From the human T2T-CHM13v2.0 reference genome, Homo sapiens, in the NCBI RefSeq assembly GCF_009914755.1, contig NC_060929.1: DNA of 64,000 bases; one strand, 5' to 3'. Positions 12,201-25,729 of this stretch are shown piece by piece. A program made the translations under genes and the position numbers. The notes under the pieces are model-generated. The model had not been told where the DNA came from. It ran no database searches and was given only the letters and a program-made list of their open reading frames with translations. Positions within the stretch are counted from its first letter, which is position 1; each line of letters begins with the position of its first letter.

Positions 12201-12730
12201 AAGCTCGAGGATTTGCCCCCACCCAGGACTGGCAAATTAGCTTTACTCAACATGCCCCGAGTCAGATAACTAAAATACCTCTTAGTCTAGGTAGACACTT
12301 TCACTGGATAGGTACAGGCCTTTCCTACAGGGTCTGAGAAGGCCACCACAGTCATTTCTTCCCTTCTGTCAGACATAATTCTTCAGTTTAGCCTTCCCAC
12401 CTCCATACAGTCTGATAACAGACCAGCCTTTATGAGTCAAATCAGCCAAGAAGTTTTTCAGGCTCTTAGTATTCAGTGAAACCTTTATATCCCTTATGGT
12501 CCTCCATCTTCAGGAAAAGTAGAACGGACTAAAGGTCTTTTAAAAACACACCTCACCAAGCTCAGCCACCAACTTAAAAAACACTGGACAATACTTTTAC
12601 CACTTGCCCTTCTCAGAAGTCAGACCTGTCCTCAGAATGCTACAGGGTACAGCCCATTTAAGCTCCTGTATAGATGCTCCTTTTTATTAGGCCCCAGTCT
12701 CATTCCAGACACCAGACTAACTTAGACTGT
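9283..12730 (+). pseudogene. HERV-H #1 gag-pro-pol remnants with internal deletions and stops
   Basis: MGNLPPS start; two zinc knuckles (CYKCQKSDHQAKEC, CPICVGPHWKSDC); protease LINTEATHS; RT SVLDLKHAFFTIPL...WAVLPQSF; integrase remnant. Deletion junctions at ~9945, ~11410, ~11560 and ~12057. Confidence 0.9.
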
Positions 12731-13310
12731 GACCCCAAAAAACTTGTCATCCCTACTATCTTCTGTCTAGTCATACTCCTATTCACCATTCTCAACTATT
12801 CATACATGCCCTGCTCTTGTTTACACTGCCAGTTTATACTGTTTCTCCAAGCCATCACAGCTGATATCTCCTGGTGCTATCCCCAAACTGCCACTCTTAA
12901 CTCTTGAAGTAAATAAATAATCTTTGCTGACAGGACTATGCTGAATTTCCTTAGGCACTCTAATTAGATGTCCTAGGTCCTCCCAATTCTTAGACCTTTA
13001 ATACCTGTTTTTCTCCTTCTCTTATTCCGTTTAGTTCTTCAATTCATACAAAACCATATCCAGGCCATCACCAATAATTCTAAATGACAAATGTTTCTTC
13101 TAACAGTCCCACAATATCACCCCTTACCACAAAATCATCCTTCAGCTTAGCCTCTCCCACTCTAGGTTCCCACCCGCCCCTAATTCCGCTTGAAGCAGCC
13201 CTGAGAAACAGCGCCCATTATCTCTCCATACCACCCCCCAAAATTTTCACTGTCCCAACACTTTACCAGTATTTCATTTTATTTTTCTTATTAATATAAG
13301 AAGACAGGAA

Positions 13311-13721
13311 TGTCAGGCCTCTGAGCCCAAGCTAAGCCGTCATATCCCCTGTGACCTGCACGTACACATCCAGATGGCCGGTTCCTGCCTTAACTGATGA
13401 CATTCCACCACAAAATAAGTGAAAATGGCCTGTTCCTGCCTTAACTGATGACATTGTCTTGTGAAATTCCTTCTCCTGGCTCATCTGGCTCAAAAGCTCC
13501 CCTACTGAGCACCTTGTGACCCCCACTCTGCCCTCCAGAGAACAACCCCCCTTTGACTGTAATTTTCCTTTACCTACCCAAATCCTATAAAACAGCCCCA
13601 CCCCATCTCCCTTCGCTGACTCTCTTTTCTGACTCAGCCCGCCTGCATCCAGGTGAAATAAACAGCCATGTTGCTCACACAAAGCCTGTTTGGTGGTCTC
13701 TTCACAGGGAAGTGCATGAAA
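13311..13721 (+). mobile_element. LTR7 3' LTR of HERV-H #1
   Basis: Direct repeat of 8116-8526 with about 22 differences in 411 bp (counted by eye). Confidence 0.95.
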
Positions 13722-13904
13722 CTCACCTGTGTGCTTCCCCTTCTGCAAGGAGCTGAGAGCTGCGGGCTGAGTAGCAAGATATTCCTGTTGGGAGACCTAT
13801 GATGGGGTCAGGGAAAATTTCCTGTTTCGGAAGGAGAGAGAGGTCTTGGTCAACTACCAGATGCTTGCCATCCTTACCACATTTCCACAGATTTTATTAG
13901 GTAG

Positions 13905-14260
13905 ATATAAATGATATCTATAATTAGATATTATCTAATTATCTATAACTATCTAATTATCTATAATTAGATATTAGATAATATCTAATTATAGATATTT
14001 ATAATATCTGTATATTATATATAATATCTATAATAATTATATAATATTTAATTATATAATTATAGATATATATTATATATAATTAGATATATCTATAATT
14101 AGATAATTAGATAATATCTAATTATAGATATTATTTCTAGCTACATATACATATGTACATAGCTATCAATATATCTGTGTACATATGTGTATATATAGAT
14201 AGATATAGATATTTTTATCTATATATCTGTGTTTCTATCAATCTATCTAATCTATCTATC
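13905..14260. repeat. AT-rich low-complexity tract with nested inverted repeats
   Basis: 32-bp perfect inverted repeat 13914-13945 / 14100-14131, followed by TA/TCTA-rich sequence. Confidence 0.9.
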
Positions 14261-14902
14261 CTATTGGTTCTTTTTCTCTGAAGAACCTAATATAATACAC
14301 TCATCTTCAAAATTATATCCAGAAATGACCACATCTCATCACTACTATTGCCAGCATTCTGGATCATGCTACCATTGTTTCTCATTTTCTATTTGCCTTA
14401 AGAATTATTCCCATAGGATTTAATCAGAAGTAAGATTAGATAGTTGTTTTAAAAATAATTTTCCCCAGTTTCACCAGGGAGTGGGTTGGCAGACTTCCTT
14501 ATACTGTCAGGCTGGAAGTTGATTCCCTCTTCCCCCATGTAAACTTCTGAATGTGCTATTTTTACTTTTAATTACAAAAATATTTTTATTTTTAATTACA
14601 CAATTTTCTTATAACACTTCTCAACGATATAGACCTTTGTAAAAATAGTATAGTTAAACTCCTTTTACCCTCCAGCCAATTCCACTCCCTAGGATAAACT
14701 ACTGCTAAGTAAAGTAAATAAATAACTTTTAAATAACATAAATTGAACTTGACAGTAACAGGTATCTCTTGTAAACTGCACGTGACACAGTTATTTCAAC
14801 CCTTCTCACATCACTTCCGTAGTTTTCAAGTAGCATAACTTATAGGCCAAGCTGTGCACAAGACTTAATCTGTGTTACCTGTTTCTAGCTCTGGCTTATT
14901 TC

Positions 14903-15376
14903 TGTGAAAGGAAAATAAATCTTGGGGCCCCAGATCACTAAGCTAAAGAGAAAAGTCAAGATGGGAACTGCTTAGGGCAAACCTGCCTCCCATTCTATTC
15001 AAAGTCATCCCTCTGCTCACTGAGATAAATGCATATCTGATTGCCTCCTTTGAAAAGGGTAATCAGAAACTCAAAATAATGCAACAGTTTGTCTCTCACT
15101 TACCTGTGACCTGGAAGCCCCCTTCCTGCTTCAAGTTGTCCTGCCTTTGATTTGAGTTGTCCCAACTCTTTGCACAGAACCAACATACATTTTACATATA
15201 TTGATTGATGTCGTCTCATGTCTCCCTCAAATGTGTAAAACCAAACTGTTCGCCTACAACCTTGGGCACATGTCATCAGGATCTCCTGAGTCTGTGTCAC
15301 AGGCACATGTTCTCAACCTTGGCAAAATAAATTTTCTAAATTAACTGAGACCTGTCTCCAATAGTCAGGGTTCACA
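14903..15376 (+). mobile_element. MER4A-type solo LTR
   Basis: TGTGAAAGGAAAATAAATCTTGGGGCCCC...GGGTTCACA with 4-bp TSD TTTC. Confidence 0.85.
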
Positions 15377-15399
15377 TTTCCATAAACTTTAATTAAATC

Positions 15400-15964
15400 C
15401 AGTGTTCAATTCCCAGAACTCATTGTATCTGAACCACTGCAGACATTTGATAGAGTTGAACACCGTCTTTCCTGAAACACCTTTCCACTTCCTTTCTGAC
15501 TCCTAAACCTCCTAGTTCTCCGTATACTTCTATGGCTGCTCCTTCTCAGTCAGTTGTATTGGTTGCTACTCTTTTCCCTGACCTAAGAACTTTGCAGTCT
15601 TAGATCTCTGAATCTCTTTTCTGTCTATGCTTAAATCTTTTCCAATTTTCAACCAGACTGATAACTTTAAATGTTATCTATACACTGATCATTCCCAAAT
15701 GTTCAACAACAGTTAGAACTCTCCTTAAACTTCAAACACATGTATCCAAGACGTATGCTCTTAGTTATTAACGAGAATCTCTAAATTCACATTGTCAAAG
15801 ATGAGAGCTGATATTATACTTCTCCCCAGTCGGCTTCTCTCACAGCCTTCTCCAGCTCAGTAATCAACAGCATCATTCTTCCAGGTACTCAGTTCAACAA
15901 TCATGGACTTAGCTTCTGCTGTCAAACCCTATATTCAATTATTGAGAAAATTTTGTTACCTCAC
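15400..15964 (+). mobile_element. L2 LINE fragment (continues at 17629-17755, ~18930-19390 and ~20180-20335)
   Basis: Degenerate L2-like motifs (CATTTGATAGAGTTGAACACC...; AAAATTATATCCAGAA...) and a 3' tail GTTGAATGCATGAATAAATG at ~20315. Confidence 0.6.
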
Positions 15965-16154
15965 TGTGATGGTCCAATTTATGTGTCAACTTGACTGGAC
16001 TAAGGCATGCACAGTTATCTGGCAAAAAATTATTTCTGGGTGTGTTTGTGTGGGTGTTTTCAGAAGAGATTGGCATTTGAATGGGTAGACTGAGTAAGGA
16101 AGTTCCACCACCTCGCCAGTGTGGGTGGACATCACCCAATCTGTGAATGGCCAG

Positions 16155-16607
16155 TTTCACTCACGTCCGTGTGAAGAGACCACCAAACAGGCTTTGTGTG
16201 AGCAGTAAAGCTGTTTATTTCACCTGGGTGCAGTCAGGCTGAGTCCGAAAAGAGAGTCAGTGAAGGGAGATAGGGGTGGGGCCGTTTTATAAGATTTGGG
16301 TGGGTAGTGGAAAATTACAGTCAAAGAGCGTTGTTTTCTGGTGGGCAGGGGCAGGGGCCACAAGGTGCTCAGTGGGGGAGCTTTTGAGGCAGGATGAGCC
16401 AGGAGAAGGAATTTCACAAGGTAATATCATCAGTTAAGTCAGGAACCGGCCATTTTTCACTTCTTTTGTGGTGGAATGTCATCAGTTAAGGCAGAAACAG
16501 ACCATTTTCACTTCTTTTGTGATTCTTCAGTTACTTCAGGCCATCTGGATGTATACGTGCAGGTCATGTGGGATATGATGGCTTAGCTTGGGCTCAGAGG
16601 CCTGACA
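16155..16607 (-). mobile_element. Solo LTR7 (HERV-H)
   Basis: Full 453-bp LTR7 in reverse orientation, 5-bp TSD GCCAG (16150-16154 / 16608-16612), no PBS or internal sequence. Confidence 0.95.
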
Positions 16608-17036
16608 GCCAGAATAGGACAAAAAGGCAGATGAAGGATGAATTCTTTCTCTTTACTTGAGCTAGAGCTTCCATCATCTCCTGAGTTTGGACATCAAAGC
16701 TCTAGATTCTCTGGCCTTTAGTCTTCAAGACTTATCCCAGGAACTCTGCAACTCTGTGTTCATACTTTCAGACTCAGATTGGGAGTTACACCCTCTGGTC
16801 TCAAGGTTCACAGGCCCTCAGACTTAACTGAATTTCCATCGTCTTTATTGGTTTGCCAGCTTGCAGAAGGAAGATTGTGGAACTCCCTGGCCTCCATAAT
16901 CATGTGAGCCAATTCTCATAATAAATCTCTCTCTCTGTTTCTTTTTGTTTCTTTCTCTATCTATATATATACAAATATTTGTGTCCATATATTAGCTATA
17001 CATATAGATACCTATATCTATATTTGTATCTATACA

Positions 17037-17401
17037 CCTGACCTAAGAACTTTGCAGTCCTGAGTTAGATTTCTGAATCTCTTTTCTCTCTATGCTTAAA
17101 TCTTTTCTGATTTTCAACCAGACTGATAACTTTAAATGTTATCTATACACTGATGATTCCCAAATGTTCAACAGCAGTTAGAACTCTCCTTAAACTTCAA
17201 ACACATGTATCCAAGACGTATGCTCTTAGTTACTAACGAGAATCTCTAAATTCACATAGTCAAAGATGAGAGCTGATATCATACTTCTCCCCAGTCTGCT
17301 TCTCTCACAGCCTTCTCCAGCTCAGTAATCAACAGCATCATTCTTCCAGGTACTCAGTTCAACAATCATGGACTTAGCTTCTGCTGTCAAACCCTATATT
17401 C
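17037..17401 (+). repeat. Dispersed direct duplicate of 15577-15936
   Basis: About 97% identical (about 10 substitutions plus one 5-bp indel). Confidence 0.95.
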
Positions 17402-17828
17402 TTCTTTAAATATATCTGGATTTGTATATATAGATGTCCTCTTTATATATGTATGTATACATATTCTATATATCAGGCTATCAATATATCTGTGAACATA
17501 TGTATATATAGATAAAAATGTCTATATCTATGTTATAGATAAAATATCTATATTTATGTTTCTATCAATCTATTTATATCTACCTATTCTATTGGTTCTA
17601 TATCTCTGGAAAACCCTAATACAATACACTCATCTTTAAAATTATATCCAGAATGGTGACCACATCTCATCACTGTTATTGCCAGCATTCTGGAGCATGC
17701 TGCCATTGTTTGTCTTTTAGATTATTGTAATAGACTTTTAATTAATTAGTCTCCCAAAAGTAAACAGATAACATACTAAAATATGTTAATTAGAAAGTTT
17801 ATTTATGAAGACATTTTATAAAGGTATG

Positions 17829-18207
17829 TGTAGTAGTCTATTCTCATGCTGCTAATATAGACATACTCAAGACTGGGTAATTTATAAAGGGAAGAGGTTT
17901 AATTGATTCACAGCTCAGCATGGCTGGGGTTGCCTCAGGAAACTTACAATCATGGTAGAAGGCAAAAGGGAAGCAAGGCATCTTCTTCACAAGGCAGCAG
18001 GAAGGAGAAATGCCTAGGAAAGGGGGAAAAGCCACTTATAAAACCATCGGATCTTGGGACAACTCACTCACTATCATGAGAATGCCATGGGGGCAACTGC
18101 CTCCATGATTCAATTACCTCCCACCAGGTCCCTTCCACAACATTTGGGGATTGTGGGATCTACAACTAAAGATGAGATTTGGGTGGGGACACAGCCAAAC
18201 CATATCA
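17829..18207 (-). mobile_element. THE1 (THE1C/D-like) MaLR solo LTR
   Basis: Ends GGGGACACAGCCAAACCATATCA; 5-bp TSD GTATG. Confidence 0.88.
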
Positions 18208-18269
18208 GTATGAGTATAAAGAGACTGGAACTGGAAGTAGTGACAGCGAGACTCTTTTCATTTCTGGGC

Positions 18270-18652
18270 CTGGATACTTGTGAATGTGACCTTATTTGAA
18301 AGTAGGGTCTTGGAAGATGATTAAGTTAAGGTTTCTTTTAGGGTGGGCTCCACTTTAATATGACTGGTGCCTTTATGAAAAGCAGAAATTTGAACAAGAT
18401 AGATATGTACAGAAGGAAGAAAATTCAACACACAAAGAACCAAGGAAGCTACAAGCCAAGAAACAGCTGAGGCTATAAGGAACCTAGGAAAGAAGCATGG
18501 AACACATTTCCTCCAGAGCCTTCAGAAGGAACTATCCCTGTTGATACTTTGATTTCAGACTTCTGGCCTCCAGAATTGTGGGACAATAACTTTCTGTTAT
18601 TTAAGTCACTCAGTTTGTGGCATTGTGTTATGACAGCCCAGGAAATTAATAC
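18270..18652 (+). mobile_element. MLT1(C-like) MaLR LTR
   Basis: GTGAATGTGACCTTATTTG...CAGACTTCTGGCCTCCAGAA...GCCCAGGAAATTAATAC. Confidence 0.7.
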
Positions 18653-19399
18653 CAATGAGAAGAATGTGACAAACCCAGGTTACAGAGTTGAATAAATTTA
18701 GCAGATTTGAAAGTGTCACTGACCTTTTATTAAGTAGTATAACCTGCCATAGGCAAACTCATGGGGTAAAGCAAAGGAAATAAACTCTGACCTCACTCTG
18801 CTGCCTCCCTCTGTTCTCCCAGGTTCTCCTGAAAGCTGCTAATGTAGTGCATACAGGTTTGCTTCCTAGGGCAGAGAAAGGGTGAAAAGGGTGGAAGGTG
18901 CTTCTGGAAAGCTAAAAGGCAGTTTTCTGAGACACTTTCTAACTAGTTCCCTTCACCTTCTCTTTTCCTCCTATTGCTTACTCTCAACACAGGATCCAGA
19001 GTGATGTAGCTGAAATAGAAAAAACAAAAACAAAAAACAAAAGACATGTCATTCCTCTGCTTAAAATCCTCCCAACACAAACCTATCCAAAAGCCCTTAG
19101 AAGGATCTGTAAAGTCATACATGTGTGGCTGGTCATTGCCTGTTACCTTACCTCCTAGTATCCTCTCCCTTACTCACTCTGTCACAGTTGACCTGGCCTC
19201 CTCGCTTTACACTTGCTCAGTTTGAAGTCCTTCCTCAGATGTCTACATGACTTCCGTTCTCCTTTTATGCAGGTCTTTACTCAGTAAGGTGTCCTCAGAC
19301 CACTCTGTCTAACATATTAAGCTTGTATTCTCCAAACACGTTGCCTATTCTCCTCCTTCTTAACATTTATCATTATCTAAAAAGTTGTATATTAACTGA

Positions 19400-20150
<751 letters not shown>

Positions 20151-21704
20151 GATGTCTATTTTTTTAAAAACTATATATTTTACGTATTTATCCTGTTTCT
20201 TGTCTCCCTCCTCCACTGTACGCCCCTTCAAGGTAGGGCTATTTGTCTATTTTGTTTACTGTTGAATTTCCAGTGCTTAGAATAGTGCTGCATTCTGGGC
20301 TCTGATGCATATATGTTGAATGCATGAATAAATGCCTTCCCTTTTTGTTTTTCAATCTTATGAGCTTAATCTTCTTTAGTTACTGCAGTTGTTTTGAAGT
20401 CTATTATTGCTACCATCAAATTTTCTGGTATAAAGAGATACAACGAGACAGATGGCTTTGTTGTAGTTGATACTTAATGACTTGCTGTAATGAACAGTGA
20501 ATCCCTAAAACCCAAATGCTGGCACAGATTCTGTACATTCTATCTTTCTGATAAGCCTGCAACATTTCTTGGTAACAAGCAATGCAATTTCAAGGAAATT
20601 TTGTATATACTTTTCAATTGGAGAGCCATTTTGTTTTTAGTTTCCCTTTCTTTTCCAAGACACCCTATTCAAGGTAATACAATATGTTCCTTAAATGTAA
20701 GCAATGATGGCAGACGGTATTTATTGTTTTGTCTAGAACTATTTTGAAATATTTAGTCAAGGACACACATTGCATTTTAGCAAACATTTCTTTTGGAAGA
20801 AAACTATGAACATCAAGTACTACCAAATTGCACTGTCAACTCTATGTATAACTATAAGGAAAAAATAATGCTATTTTTATTGCTATTCTTTTTATAGATT
20901 TGATATTATGGATCCTGGGTAAATATGTTATTACTAAAAGCCTACAGGAGTTGACTGAAATATCCCTATTCTTTGCCACGTTTTGGACTTCAGTATAGAC
21001 TATTACACTGATTTTTGTGGCCAGTAATCCTTGCTATACTTTTCTTCTTCTCAGTGCTCTCATTAGCCTTTTGTCTTTTTTATTCTAATACAAATCACTG
21101 TCAAGTTTTAGACTCACTGTCACTAAAATGTAGATCCTTATAAGTCTCTCATGGTGTATCTGTACAAACATTCAGCCTTTTCAAAGGTTACATTATGTGT
21201 TCTTCATAACAGCAAGAGAATATGAATTAGAAAACACAAAGAAAACAGCTCTCAAGAAAATTTTATAACTTTTAAATACATTTTTGATGGCTTACATTTT
21301 ACCAAGATTTGAAATTTTCAATGAAATCCAGAAAATCTTATAGTCATACGGAAAATAAAAATTAGCACTTTTTATGGGATAAAAGTTGTTTATTTTAACA
21401 ACAAATTAAGGTGAGTAGGTCATGAAAGGTCCATGTTCTTATACTAAGCCAACTTTTTTTGATAGCATAACAGCGTTCCTAACAGTGTTTTAAACAAGAC
21501 AGCTTTCTCTGAGGATGGGAAAGAAATTTTGATTTTTTTTTCTAAGCTTCCCTTCTTTCCCTGATTCTAGCCTTCCACCAGTTTCCTTCAATTCCAAGTT
21601 GTTTGTCTCTATATACTCTATAAAATCTTTTTTCTTTCTGTAGTTCTGGGTAACCATAAATGCCAAGGATGTGTTTCGCATACTCCTTCCTTGCATTGCT
21701 CATT

Positions 21705-21746
21705 TGTGTGTGTGGTGTGTGTGTGTGTGTGTGTGTTTATGTGTGT
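21705..21746. repeat. (TG)n microsatellite
   Basis: Imperfect TG run. Confidence 0.9.
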
Positions 21747-23299
21747 AAAATTTGAAATAAAATTTTCATCAGTTCATCTTTAAACTTAAAAGCAATCTAC
21801 GTAAAATGAAAACAGATATGCTTATCTCTTAACATCTTTGACTGGGTTCATTTGGTTTAGAGAAGTTAGGGTGAGGTGCTCAGAATGCTGTTTGAATTGA
21901 AATCTGAGATCAGATCCTTTTCTGTGGTCTCCAAGGCACAGATGGAAGCACAATCACATACGGAAAAGCTTTCTTAGGGCTATGACCTTGAATGTCTCTT
22001 CAAAAGATGAAGCAACTAATTTAAAAATAAAATGCAAATATTACCTGTTAATTTTGTGCCATATATTCATGTATCTTTCTGAAAAATATGTCATTTAACT
22101 GAACTCAAATTTTGATAGTAAAAATTACTTAAACCAATGTAAATATTGGCATACTTTGGAATACATCAAATTCTTTTAAAGTGAATTGCTGCATTGTGTA
22201 GGTCTTAAGAATAAAATAGGAAAGAAAAGAGAAGTCTTTACTTTTTAAAATACAATGTTTTTTAAAAAATTAATAAAAAACTAGACAAACAAAAAGGAGC
22301 TCTACTTAGCCAGCAATAGATCCAACCAAACTATTTTAAAGCAGTTTTCAGAGCAAATATTATGGAAGACATTTATTCCTCTACATATTTGCCAGTTATC
22401 CTTTAACTTCAAGGATACTGCTTGCTGCTTCAGAATAGCTCTGCTGAAGTTGTGTGTATAGAGAAATGGGCATGATTGCTCATTGCAGGGCTAAGTGGCA
22501 GCTTAAGACTTAAAGGCACACATTTATAAAGTTCAGAGCTTTCTCAAGTGTCAGTTAGCATGTACTTGATGAAGTAGCTCAGTGAGGAAGCCAGCTGGCC
22601 TGCAGTCATACTAACTGCAAGATCAATGATTAATACCAAAGTGTTCACATATTCAAAAGAGAAGTTTAATCCTGTGAAATCCCTTACTGTGCTGCTCTCA
22701 AGTTTGATTGGGGATGACAGGTGCCATAAGAGAGCCTCTTGACTAACAGCAAAGAATTGTAACAAGATAATGAACAGAACAAGCTTGAAAAGAACAAGAG
22801 AAGAAAAGAAGTGTAGGTGGTGGCAAGAAGAAATCTGAGGAGAAGTCTCCCTTGAAATGTGAAGGTTTCAAGCTGTTTTCAAAATAGAGAAAACATAGAG
22901 AATATTTGTATATATGCTTTGAAAATCTTCTGCCAGAAAATTAAAAGTGAGATAAAACATTTAGTTTTGCAATAGATATTTCTCAATATGGATATATCAT
23001 GTCCTCCATTTCAGAGCAGTACAAGAAAAAATAGAAGTAAAATATGCTGATAGATCTTCACCCCTATAGTGAAACCATGTTTAAACTTTTGTAAAATAGG
23101 GTTAAGCATAAGCACTTTGGATAATTTTAAGTTTACTATTTTCTTTTAAAATCATATCCAAAGTATATAGAAACCCATACAGAAATGTGGCAAATTGTTT
23201 CCCTATATTTCTTTCCATCAACTAATATACATGCCACTTAATAGTAGTTAATGTAGTATATAGCTCAACAACAACAATGACAACAAAATCACTTAGCAA

Positions 23300-23470
23300 T
23301 TGAATACAAAACTTCTTCAAGCCTCAGGGCTATCATCTAAAATTTGAAATAATAATCCAGCTTCTTAAAGATCCTATGAGGCTTAAAAGAGATAACAGAT
23401 ATAAAGTAAAATGTTTGGTGTAGTGTTTAGCACATTCTAAGTGATCAATAAAGGATAGATACTACTATTA
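23300..23470 (+). mobile_element. MIR fragment
   Basis: GCCTCAG...CATCTAAAATTTGAAATAATAAT...GCACATTCTAAGTGATCAATAAA resembles the MIR core. Confidence 0.55.
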
Positions 23471-23520
23471 TTATTTGAGGAAATAGTAAATTAAAATTTC
23501 AACTTAGATGTCAATTATAA

Positions 23521-23563
23521 TAGATACATAGATAGATAGATAGATAGATAGATAGAATAGATA
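23521..23563. repeat. (GATA)n tetranucleotide STR
   Basis: About 8-10 imperfect GATA units. Confidence 0.9.
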
Positions 23564-25424
23564 AAGAATTCCCAAAGAAAGGTATGAATGGTTTCAAAGT
23601 ATGCCAAAAAATACTCCTTGGGCAGCTCTAAAATTCAAAGGAGACAATAAAAGGGCTAAAGGAAGAGATTCTTTTGAAGAGATTTATTGTGATATAGTTG
23701 CTGAAGTGATTTGACTCTCACTCATTCCTCTTTAAGGGACAGGTTGAGGTGTTCACTTCTAATGTCAATTCTTGTGTGCACTCCCTTCAAGAAGACAATT
23801 CTGAAAGCTTGGCTGGTGCCCCAGGAATTGTGGAAAAATGTTGGTAGGGTTATCTGTGCATGTATGAAGTATCCAAAGGATGGAACAGCCCGAGGCCACA
23901 GTGTAGAGGGAGCTACTGATGCATTAGGGAGCAAGAGATTAACCTGGCAATGGTGGAGGAAAGTGCAATACCTCCAGAGATGAGTTGTGCAAAACCCAGT
24001 GAGAATGCAGGTATTTATTAAATGGGATCTTTCCAAAATGCCTTCTGTTAGAATGTTGGGTGCCCAACAAGGAAAGTCTGTGTAGGTAGGCCCTAGAGGA
24101 AACCTGAAGCTGACGTGGATGCAAAAGCAGCCACCCAAGGCAAAAGTACGAGGGTAACAGGAGTACATCAGGGCATTTCTAAAGAATCTCCCAAAATGCC
24201 CCCAAAGGAAAAAATCAGAATTAAACAGTAGCCATGCTCAGAGGCTGTAAAATTCTGTAATTACAATGGTCAAATAATAAGTTTACATACTTCTTTCCCT
24301 CTTCCTTTTCTCTGTTTCAATTCCAAGGAGCCAAAAACCCCATGTATCAGTCAGATTAGGTGAGTTGCAACAACAAACAAATCTTAAATCTTCTTGGATT
24401 AAAACAAAAAGTTTAATTTTTCATTTATGTCATATGCCCTTTGCAAGTCAACAGGAAGTCTCTGCTTATTACAGTACTTGGAAACATAGATCAGTGAAGC
24501 TGTACCTACATAAACATTTCAGATTACACAGAAAAGAGACTCAGGAGGATCTCACATTAACAATTAAATGCCAACACTTTATCACTCACAACCTGTCCAG
24601 AACTAGCCCTGTGGTCCAGCCAATCACTGTATTCCAGGAAGAGCAATGCCACCTTATATACAGAAGATTGAGAGTGAGAAACAGTTGATAAACATCACTA
24701 ACAACTGCCATAACCTGCCCTTTGGCCAAAATTAAAAATTTATATACTCTCTCTTTCACAGTCAAAACATGCTACCCTCTTCCTCACAGATACAACCTCA
24801 AAGCCTTATCTAATTCTAAAACTGCTGGGGGATGACTAATAGTCTCAGTATCAGGTCTGATATGTTTCCTCTTGACTTTGAGGCCAATGAAAAAAAGGAC
24901 AAGTTCTCTGCTACCCACACAGACAAAATACAACAATGAAACAGGGACAAAATAACCACAGGAAACAATCCTGTTTGTAAAATGTCTGGCCGATAGCAGA
25001 CTTACAAACATACTTTAAACGCTCCCTTTTCCTGATGATGGGGAATAGTTTAGGCCCTAATTTTGTACCCCCATTCCCACTAAGAAACCCTTAGTGTTCT
25101 CTGTGATAGATACCTGTGTGGTATCTGACCTGTGTCTTTTACAGTATTCTTTGATAACAAAGAATACTTCTCGGAGTTAAGCAGATTTTGAAGCATGTAA
25201 CTTGCCAACATGTGGTGGGAGACCCAAAGGTCATTTTCAGTCTTAAGCGTTCACAATTTGTTTTAAACAAGGCTGATGGTTTTTTTTGTAGTAGTAATTT
25301 CCAAATGACTTAGGAAATTTCTGGACATGAGAACGTAATCAATTTGGTATCAGTCATTTCCATGTTGCAATGGCCATATCCTCAGTTCTTCTCTAGATAT
25401 ATCTCTAAGATTTGCTATATTTCT

Positions 25425-25729
25425 TTTCTTTCTTTCTTTTTTTTTTTTTTTTACATGGAGTTTCACTCTGTTGCCCAGGCTGGAGGGCAGTGGTGCGATC
25501 TCAGCTCACTGTAACCTCCACCTCCTGGGTTCAAGCAATTCCCCTGCCTCAGCCTCCTGAGTAGCTGGGATTACAGGCACGCTCACCAAGCCTGGCTAAG
25601 TTTTCTATTTTTAGTAGAGACGGGATTTCACCATGTTGGTCAGGCTGGTCTCCAACTGTTGACCTCGTGATCCACCCGCCTTGGCCTCCCAAAGTGCTGG
25701 GATTACAGGCGTGAGCCACCATGCCCAGC
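25425..25729 (-). mobile_element. Alu (AluSg-like)
   Basis: Reverse dimer with poly-T; 17-bp TSD AGATTTGCT(A/G)TATTTCT. Confidence 0.93.

Larger units (their letters stand above)
8116..13721 (+). mobile_element. HERV-H provirus #1 (deleted RTVL-H2-like form, two LTR7)
   Basis: LTRs at 8116-8526 and 13311-13721, tRNA-His PBS, PPT AAGAAGACAGGAA at 13298-13310, and 5-bp TSD CTCAC (8111-8115 / 13722-13726). Confidence 0.97.
600..13829 (+). mobile_element. Decayed ERV1 provirus (HERV-W/HERV9-related internal region, LTR1/LTR27/LTR28/MER52-group LTR); 5' LTR not found, env deleted, 3' LTR interrupted by HERV-H
   Basis: Collinear gag-pro-pol remnants at 2041-6982, purine tract AGAGGGAGAATA at 7388-7399, and an LTR starting TGATAGGG at 7400 and ending CCTGTTTCG at 13829. 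The left boundary is approximate and the exact family is uncertain. Confidence 0.85.
15965..17628 (+). mobile_element. MLT2(B-like) ERV-L solo LTR, interrupted by LTR7 and a templated duplication
   Basis: TGTGATGG...TATGTGTCAACTTGACTGG start, CTATTGGTTCT...AATACA end, TSD CTCAC/CTCAT. Confidence 0.8.

Noticed and set aside
22032-22039. Isolated octamer motifs (also at ~48667 and ~59425)
   Set aside because: They are expected by chance in AT-rich DNA and lack supporting context.
23711-24168. 148-aa and overlapping ORFs as a cellular gene
   Set aside because: No recognisable domain or splice context; the length is compatible with chance.
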